Assembly: GCF_000012805.1 (NCBI RefSeq)
Contig: NC_007484.1
Coordinates: forward strand, 1,740,001-1,772,000
Source: Nitrosococcus oceani ATCC 19707
GTDB taxonomy: Bacteria > Pseudomonadota > Gammaproteobacteria > Nitrosococcales > Nitrosococcaceae
Reading direction: 5' to 3'
Length of the DNA: 32,000 nt
A model generated the notes under the pieces. It did no database searches, had not been told where the DNA came from, and saw nothing but the letters and a program-made list of their open reading frames with translations. Shown piece after piece: positions 26,751 to 32,000 of the stretch; within the stretch, counting starts at the first letter, position 1; every line of letters begins with the position of its first letter. Both the position numbers and the translations under genes were made by a program.

Positions 26751-27416
26751 TTATTTTTCAAACACCAACGCATTAGGGTTAGCGCCAAGTTCAACCAAAG
26801 CATTATTGATATCTTTTGTAAACTGGGGCGGGCCGCACGTGTAAAACTGCTGATTAAAGTCAGCGATATTTTGTTGCAAAAATTCTCCGGTAATCAATTG
26901 ATCGTCGTAGCCTGGAGCGCTGGTTTCGGTACAGGTCAAAATACATTTTTCATTAAAGTAATGACGGAATTCCTTTTCGCAAATAATATCTGCTGGCGTT
27001 TTGTTGGAAAAGATCAAGGTGTGATTGGCGAGTTTATCTTGGTGGGAGAGCTGGCGAATGATAGCCATAAAGGGAGTGATTCCGGCTCCGCCGGCGATAA
27101 AAACTCCCGTTCCCTGATAGGTAATGGTGCCGAAGGGATCTGACATGAGTAGTTCTTCGCCTGGCAGCAAAGTATGCAGTTTTTCGGTTACACCGTGGTG
27201 GTCGGAATATCTCTTGATAGTGAATTCCAGCACTTTATCTTCCCCGAGGGAGGTGGGGGTAAAGGGCCGCCCCTGGTCTTTCCACTCGGGTTGATTAATA
27301 GCCAACTCAACACCTTGGCCAGGTTGGTAGTCAAAGCCGGGTGGCCGGCTCACGATAAAGCGCTTGACATCATGCGTAACGAATTCCGCCATTAATAAAG
27401 TCACGGTATAAGTCAT
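26751..27416 (-). CDS. FNR-like FAD/NAD(P)-binding oxidoreductase (flavodoxin/ferredoxin reductase type)
   Basis: It has an FAD beta-barrel (..RPFTPTS..FTIKRY) and an NAD fold (GVFIAGGAGITPFMAII). The C-terminal motif is YTCGPP. Confidence 0.85.
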   Translation of the reverse strand: MTYTVTLLMAEFVTHDVKRFIVSRPPGFDYQPGQGVELAINQPEWKDQGRPFTPTSLGEDKVLEFTIKRYSDHHGVTEKLHTLLPGEELLMSDPFGTITYQGTGVFIAGGAGITPFMAIIRQLSHQDKLANHTLIFSNKTPADIICEKEFRHYFNEKCILTCTETSAPGYDDQLITGEFLQQNIADFNQQFYTCGPPQFTKDINNALVELGANPNALVFEK

Positions 27417-27524
27417 AGATAGTCCCCCCTGTTATATATCGACATAATTGTTGATCCCTATCAAATATAGGCCAAGAAGCCTCTCAGGTCCACGTTTATC
27501 AATCCCCGCCCAAGAGCCCTTCCT

Positions 27525-27686
27525 TCAGGGAGGGGATGTAGGGCGGTTCTGTTGCTCAATGTCGCGCTTAATTAAATCCTTGATGTACTCGGCAAGCGAA
27601 ATGCCCTTCTTTTCAGCTTCTCGTTGCGCCGATTCTTTGAGCCATTTTGGGAGCACCATTTCATATCTAATTTGGTTTGCCATCAT
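27525..27686 (-). CDS. Small ribbon-helix-helix (CopG-like) DNA-binding protein, 53 aa
   Basis: This ORF is not in the supplied track. It lies antisense to the spurious N-terminal extension of ORF 27448. The product is MMANQIRYEMVLPKWLKESAQREAEKKGISLAEYIKDLIKRDIEQQNRPTSPP, a strand (YEMVLP) plus two helices. A strong minus-strand promoter (TTGACT-N17-TAATAT) lies upstream. There is no obvious Shine-Dalgarno sequence. Confidence 0.6.
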   Translation of the reverse strand: MMANQIRYEMVLPKWLKESAQREAEKKGISLAEYIKDLIKRDIEQQNRPTSPP

Positions 27687-27693
27687 CGTGCGC

Positions 27694-27746
27694 TTGATTT
27701 ACGTAAAATATTACGTAATATTAGCACCTATGAGCACGGTAGTCAA
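27694..27746. promoter_or_regulatory. Face-to-face divergent promoters with tandem TTACGTAA palindromes (candidate RHH operator)
   Basis: On the + strand, TTGATT (27694-27699)-N16-TAATAT (27716-27721) ends 8 nt before the tnpB ATG. On the - strand, TTGACT (27746-27741)-N17-TAATAT (27723-27718). TTACGTAA occurs at 27699-27706 and 27711-27718, with centres 12 bp apart. Confidence 0.4.
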
Positions 27747-28821
27747 AACACTCAAAGTCCGCGTCAAAGACAATAAAGCCAACGCCTTAAACCGCATGGC
27801 TTTTGAGGTCAATCAGGTCTGGAATAACGCCAACGAAATAACGGCGGAGTACTCCAGTGTGCCTATGCCTGGGTTTGGCTATCTGCGTAGTAACTTCTCC
27901 GCCTACGATCTGCACCCCTTTCAGAAAAGATACCGAAAAGAGCGCGGACTTAATATTACGGCCCAAACGGTGCAGGAAGTGACTGAGGCCCACGCCAAAG
28001 CCCGTAGACAGTTCAAAAAAGATAAGCTGCGCTGGCGTGTTTCTGGTGGTCCGCGTCGTTCTCTAGGATGGGTGCCTTTCAAAAAGGGCGCGGCTAAATG
28101 GAAAAATGGCTGCCTTTATTTTGCTGGGCACTATTTTAAGGTCTGGGATAGCTACGGACTATCCAAGTACGAGTTCCGCTCCGGTTCTTTCTCTCAAGAT
28201 GCTAGGGGACGCTGGTATTTCAATATTGCCGTTAGCGTCCCTGTGGAGAAAACGACGGCGACCAAAGCAGTAGGTATGGACCTGGGTTTAAAGGATACCG
28301 CCACTTGTAGTAACGGTTTCAAACTGGAAGCGCACCGTTTCTACCGGAATGGAGAAGCGCAACTTGGAAAAGCGCAACGCGCTAACAAGAAAAAACGGGT
28401 AAAGGCTATCCATGCCAAGATCAAAAATAGGCGTTTAGATTCTATTCATAAATTCACAACCCAAGTGGTTCGTGAAAACGCATTTATCGTTGTGGGTAAT
28501 CTCAGCAGTTCCGGCCTTGCTAAAACCAAAATGGCCAAATCTGTTTTGGATGCAGGCTGGTTCATGCTGAAAACGATGATTGAGTACAAGTCCAAAAGGA
28601 CGCAATCGGAGTTCATAGAAGTCAACGAAGCGTACACTACCCAAGCCTGTTCGTGCTGTGGTTGTATCAGCGGCAGCAGTCCGAGAGGTAGGGCGGGACT
28701 TGGAATAAGAGAATGGTCATGCTCTGAGTGTGGAGCGCATCACGATAGAGACGTGAATGCAGCCATGAACATTCTCGCGGCGGGGCATCGCCGTCTCGCA
28801 GGAGGAATCCCCGTCCTTTAG
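27730..28821 (+). CDS. tnpB: TnpB-family protein (IS605 OrfB / RNA-guided nuclease family), intact ORF, non-canonical RuvC-II motif
   Basis: The ATG at 27730 gives 363 aa: MSTVVKTLKVRVKDNKANALNRMAFEVNQVWNN.. Motifs are RuvC-I VGMDLGLKD (D184), CxxC..CxxC (CSCCG..CSECG) and RuvC-III HDRDVNAAMNIL. The motif that is usually (V/I)-E-D-L reads VVGNL (G256, N257). The C-terminus ..GGIPVL* is typical of this family. Confidence 0.9.
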   Translation: MSTVVKTLKVRVKDNKANALNRMAFEVNQVWNNANEITAEYSSVPMPGFGYLRSNFSAYDLHPFQKRYRKERGLNITAQTVQEVTEAHAKARRQFKKDKLRWRVSGGPRRSLGWVPFKKGAAKWKNGCLYFAGHYFKVWDSYGLSKYEFRSGSFSQDARGRWYFNIAVSVPVEKTTATKAVGMDLGLKDTATCSNGFKLEAHRFYRNGEAQLGKAQRANKKKRVKAIHAKIKNRRLDSIHKFTTQVVRENAFIVVGNLSSSGLAKTKMAKSVLDAGWFMLKTMIEYKSKRTQSEFIEVNEAYTTQACSCCGCISGSSPRGRAGLGIREWSCSECGAHHDRDVNAAMNILAAGHRRLAGGIPVL

Positions 28822-28860
28822 GGCGGGGAGGATGTCAAGAGAAATCTGCCACGTTGCAGG
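28700..28860 (+). ncRNA. Candidate omega (right-end) guide-RNA scaffold of the tnpB element; extent is a guess
   Basis: This is by analogy only: TnpB omega RNAs overlap the 3' end of tnpB and the right end. The hairpin ccccgtcc-ttta-gggcgggg (28809-28828) is present. I could do no covariation or expression test. Confidence 0.25.
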
Positions 28861-28985
28861 TGCTCTTTTCTGGTAAGTCTCGAATTTAAAGAGGATGCCC
28901 TGCTCCAGGGGACTATTAGGACCACTCGTCATTAATATCCAGTGGGAAATTGAAATCGCCCGCCAAGCCGCGCTCGGCGTGGTAG

Positions 28986-29472
28986 GAGAAGCGAGGCGAT
29001 GCTCTAGGTTTTGAGTGGTTGGTGTTCGATGTTTTAACTATCTCGAAGTATCTCATTTTTCTGGTTGCGGCGATGCTGATTGCCCCTTTCGCTGGGCCTG
29101 CCATGAATGCAGCATTGGCCAGCGACTGGCCACTTCCATCTAATTCGGCGCAGCCTTGGCCGTTATATCCTCGGGCTGATAGTGACTGCCGGGGTCGCGG
29201 CGTTTCTCACTTGGATCTTCCGGTTGAGCGCAGCAACAAGTTTGATGGTGGAGGCGAATGCTCGTTTTACCCGGACTAATATTCCTGGGCAAAACTCACT
29301 CCTTGCCCTTGTCTATGTCCAACCCATCAAAACAATTATCCTTTCGGACGCTAATGAAGCCAAACTTAAACGGTACCTTGCCCATCAGATACAGCAACAC
29401 CTTCTGAAGGCCGGTTTCAATGTCACGCCTCTCGTTTCGGTGACAGTCCTTAAGCCACCCGAGGGAAACTAA
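28986..29472 (+). pseudogene. DUF389-family membrane protein remnant (5'-truncated, frameshifted)
   Basis: ..LVAAMLIAPFAGPAMNAALA (DUF389 motif AMLIAPLMGP) shifts frame near 29110 to ..GHFHLIRRSLGRYILGLIVTAGVAAFLTWIF.. The expected N-terminal domain is absent. Confidence 0.5.
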
Positions 29473-29684
29473 TTCATCGTAAGTATTAGCTGTCGCTTGG
29501 CGAGTCAAAGTGAAAAAATGGGTATTAATTTAAAAGGCAGGTGCTATAGTTAACTCTATACAATGCCTTCATAAAATATGCTACTGCTATTACCAGCAAT
29601 GGATATTGGTGTTTGTTAATGAGGATGATTTATAAAACTTACTAAGTTGTAAAATTTACTCAAATTGAGGCGGGAGAATTTATT

Positions 29685-30242
29685 ATGTTTTTTGATGACT
29701 GGTCTGGAATAGGGCGGGTTTTAATGGCCACGTTGGTTGCCTATGGGGCTTTGATTTTTTTGCTTCGCCTTTCTGGTAAAAGAACGCTTGCTAAAATGAC
29801 CGCCTTTGATTTTGTGGTTACCATTGCCATTGGCTCTGTGCTAGCTAATATTGCTTTATCAAAAAGCACCCCTTTCATGGAAGGAATGACAGCCTTGGTG
29901 GTGCTGATAGGCGCGCAATATCTAATTTCATCCATGTGTATCAAATCCAAAAAAATAGAACATTTAGTTAAGCCGCAACCGGCTTTGTTGTTGTATCAAG
30001 GACAGTTTCTGCAGGAGACGATGCGCAGTGAACGGGTAACGGAAGCGGATATACTGCTAGCCCTTCGTCAGCGGGGGCATTCCTCAGTTAAGGATGTGGA
30101 AGCGGTGATCCTAGAACCTGATGGAAGCTTCAATGCCGTAATAAATGAAACGCTTCCAGCTTCTGAATCGGCGCTTAGAAATGTGCATAATTATCGTCCT
30201 CAAGATCATGAAGTGACCTCTGAATCTTTCTCACAATATTAG
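29685..30242 (+). CDS. DUF421 (YetF-like) membrane protein
   Basis: ..LLRLSGKRTLAKMTAFDFVVTIAIGSVLA.. is the DUF421 signature. Confidence 0.8.
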   Translation: MFFDDWSGIGRVLMATLVAYGALIFLLRLSGKRTLAKMTAFDFVVTIAIGSVLANIALSKSTPFMEGMTALVVLIGAQYLISSMCIKSKKIEHLVKPQPALLLYQGQFLQETMRSERVTEADILLALRQRGHSSVKDVEAVILEPDGSFNAVINETLPASESALRNVHNYRPQDHEVTSESFSQY

Positions 30243-30602
30243 CGGGTAGAATTTATATAATTATTTCAGCAATTAAATATCCTCATGATTTATGAAAAAC
30301 AGGATATAGAAATTATACTTTAAATTAATATCTAATGATGTTTGATGGGCAGCGTTGCAGCCCAACTCTGCGTAATTGTAAAAATTACAAAATTTCCCCT
30401 CTTTTTGCATCCCCTTCTTTTTTCGTTTTGTAAATATAAATGAGTTGAGTTTTAAGTATTTCTGCGAAATAAATATTTCGGTATGAGTAGTGCTAGATTT
30501 TTAAAATATCTTAACTATATTTAATTCTAAATAACGAACAAATTAGGATTGATGGCTTTGTTCTATATTTCAAATTTTAAGAAGTAATGAAGGAGATCCA
30601 CG

Positions 30603-31247
30603 ATGGATAAAACTTACTCAAACTCAAGCGGCCATTCCCCCGAGACGGGGATTAAGGACCAAGCACGGCAAGAAGCACACCGTCTTGCAGATAAAGCCAA
30701 GGAGCAGGGCCGGGATCTATTGGCTGATCGTAAAAGGGCCACAGCGGATGAAATCGGAAGCGTAGCGGAAGCTCTGAGTAAAACGGCCCAAGAAATGTAT
30801 CAGCAAGAGCACCCCCCCCTGATCACGCCCTATGCTGAGCAGGCAGCTAATAGTCTTAAGAGATTCTCTAATACACTGCGGGAGCGTGATCTTAGCGTTT
30901 TGGCTAGGCAAACGGAAAATTTTGCTCGCCGCCAGCCGGGAGTCTTCCTAGGGGGTGCAGTGGTAGCCGGTTTCCTGTTAGCCCGCTTTTTTAAAAGCTC
31001 GGAGCTTCATAGCGAGTATGATTACGCTCAGCCTTCTAGCGGTGGCCTATCTACAAGCAATTCGGGGGCCACGGAGAGCTCTTTTGCTTCATCCAGTACT
31101 GGCTCCACCACAGTTCCCCCGGCAACACCACCACCTTACAGCACCGCTATGCCTGCATCTTCTGCTGGTGCTAGACCTATGGGCGGTGCGTCCACGTCCA
31201 CTACAGAAACCACTCCCGCCAACACTCAACCTAAAGGAGAGCTCTGA
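30603..31247 (+). CDS. Hypothetical stress-cluster protein with one C-proximal transmembrane helix and a low-complexity S/T/P tail
   Basis: GGAG precedes the ATG. It has a helical charged N-terminal half and the segment ..RRQPGVFLGGAVVAGFLLARFFKSS. Confidence 0.6.
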   Translation: MDKTYSNSSGHSPETGIKDQARQEAHRLADKAKEQGRDLLADRKRATADEIGSVAEALSKTAQEMYQQEHPPLITPYAEQAANSLKRFSNTLRERDLSVLARQTENFARRQPGVFLGGAVVAGFLLARFFKSSELHSEYDYAQPSSGGLSTSNSGATESSFASSSTGSTTVPPATPPPYSTAMPASSAGARPMGGASTSTTETTPANTQPKGEL

Positions 31248-31702
31248 TGTCAGCCTATGATCCCCATACCCCGCCGGAAAACCGCTCTATTATCTCGCTT
31301 CTCTCAGAGTTAACTCAGGAAGTGACCACGTTAGTTCGGCAAGAGCTGGAGCTCGCCAAGGCCGAGGCATCTGAAAAGGTATCCCAGGTCGGTTCAGGGA
31401 TAGGCGCTGTGGTGGCGGGTGGCGCGGTTGCGTTTGGCGGCTTTCTGGTGCTTCTGCAAGCCCTGGTTTACGGCCTTGCCGATATTCTAGGTGAAGGCAA
31501 CATCTCTCCGCTGTGGATAGCTTCCCTGATTGTGGGGGTAGTAGTCCTGCTTATTGGCTATGGTTTACTTAAAAAGGGGCAAAGCGATCTTAAGGCTAAA
31601 CATTTAGTGCCTCGTCGGACGACCCGATCCCTGCGGAAGGATAAAAATATGGTGAAAGAAGAAGTTCGTGGAAACAGGAGCAGATACGATGAAACATACT
31701 GA
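31247..31702 (+). CDS. Holin-X / phage-holin-3_6-like membrane protein
   Basis: An ATGA overlap links it with the upstream gene. The product reads ..SLLSELTQEVTTLVRQELELAKAEASEK.. followed by two hydrophobic helices. Confidence 0.65.
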   Translation: MSAYDPHTPPENRSIISLLSELTQEVTTLVRQELELAKAEASEKVSQVGSGIGAVVAGGAVAFGGFLVLLQALVYGLADILGEGNISPLWIASLIVGVVVLLIGYGLLKKGQSDLKAKHLVPRRTTRSLRKDKNMVKEEVRGNRSRYDETY

Positions 31703-32000
31703 GTATCCCTATCAGGAAAAATCTTATGAAGATAAATCTCCCGCTGAAATTGAGGCGGAGATAGAGCAAACGCGCGCTGACATGAATAACACGTTGCATG
31801 CGCTTGAGCGGAGATTTTCTCCTGGCCAGTTAATGGATCAAACCCTAAGTTATTTTCGTGGGGCGGGGGAGGAAACCAATGAGTTTGCCACTAACCTAGG
31901 CCGGAATATTAAGGACAACCCTATACCTGTGGCTTTGCTGGGTATTGGTCTGGGATGGCTAATGATGGGCGGTTCCGAGAGATCGGACCATCGCTACAGT
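31689..32000 (+). CDS. DUF3618-family protein (partial, runs off the right edge)
   Basis: ..SPAEIEAEIEQTRADMNNTLHALERRFSPGQLMDQ.. is the DUF3618 N-terminal signature. The ORF overlaps the previous gene by 14 nt. Confidence 0.7.
   Translation, partial: MKHTEYPYQEKSYEDKSPAEIEAEIEQTRADMNNTLHALERRFSPGQLMDQTLSYFRGAGEETNEFATNLGRNIKDNPIPVALLGIGLGWLMMGGSERSDHRYS

Larger units (their letters stand above)
27500..28860 (+). mobile_element. IS200/IS605-type tnpB element lacking tnpA and carrying a divergent RHH gene (boundaries approximate)
   Basis: It comprises an intact tnpB and an RHH ORF. Related end hairpins both begin AATCCCCG(C/T)CC (27501-27546 and 28807-28828). It sits between the reductase start and a 5'-truncated DUF389 gene. 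Confidence 0.55.

Noticed and set aside
27448-27729. The 94-codon N-terminal extension of the 457-aa track ORF (27448-28821).
   Set aside because: The extension starts on a non-ATG codon and has no TnpB similarity. It is the antisense of a well-formed RHH ORF and its promoter region. TnpB homology begins at the ATG at 27730 (MSTVVKTLKVRV..).
27730-28821. Calling the intact TnpB a nuclease-dead TldR-like repressor outright.
   Set aside because: Only the canonical RuvC-II glutamate is missing, while RuvC-I, RuvC-III and the zinc finger are intact. A TnpB clade with a relocated glutamate is known, and E300 is a candidate. I keep this as an open alternative in the findings.
1-32000. A search for CRISPR arrays, tRNA, rRNA and tmRNA genes.
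   Set aside because: I found no regularly spaced direct repeats and no T-loop-like GGTTCGAATCC-type motifs or rRNA-like segments by eye. Absence is by inspection only, without a search tool.

Overview
This is a mosaic 32-kb chromosomal segment, probably proteobacterial (gammaproteobacterium-like by gene content, not verifiable here). Ordinary genes are interleaved with a high density of decayed mobile and accessory DNA. The ordinary genes are NADP-malic enzyme maeB, proline symporter putP, an htpX-like M48 protease divergent from hsp20, a PsiE-like protein, a large fused GltD/PyrK-type oxidoreductase, an FNR-like reductase and a stress-protein cluster.

Left third (1-6545):
- An IS982-like transposase end abuts a truncated integron-integrase (intI) remnant.
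- A cassette-like array follows on the + strand. It holds short orphan ORFs, a Uma2 nuclease, an RHH/MazF toxin-antitoxin pair bracketed by one canonical and one degenerate attC, REP-like hairpins and a shattered beta-propeller gene.
- The array ends in a dead tnpB element.

Middle (10.4-15 kb):
- Type I restriction-modification remnants and a twice-frameshifted HTH gene.
- A DUF2945/DUF488 pair.
- An alpha/beta-hydrolase fragment, a visibly GC-rich lactate-permease-family gene and an ISAs1 transposase remnant.
- A two-gene PD-(D/E)xK module.

Most interesting observation: the window holds two unrelated TnpB (IS200/IS605 accessory, RNA-guided nuclease family) elements, one dead at about 5165-6545 and one intact at about 27500-28860.
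- Neither has a tnpA.
- Each carries a small divergently transcribed ribbon-helix-helix (RHH) gene in the position where tnpA normally sits, enclosed by matching terminal hairpins.
- The intact copy has face-to-face promoters overlaid by tandem TTACGTAA palindromes.
- Its RuvC-II motif is non-canonical (G-N instead of E-D).

I found no rRNA, tRNA or CRISPR array.
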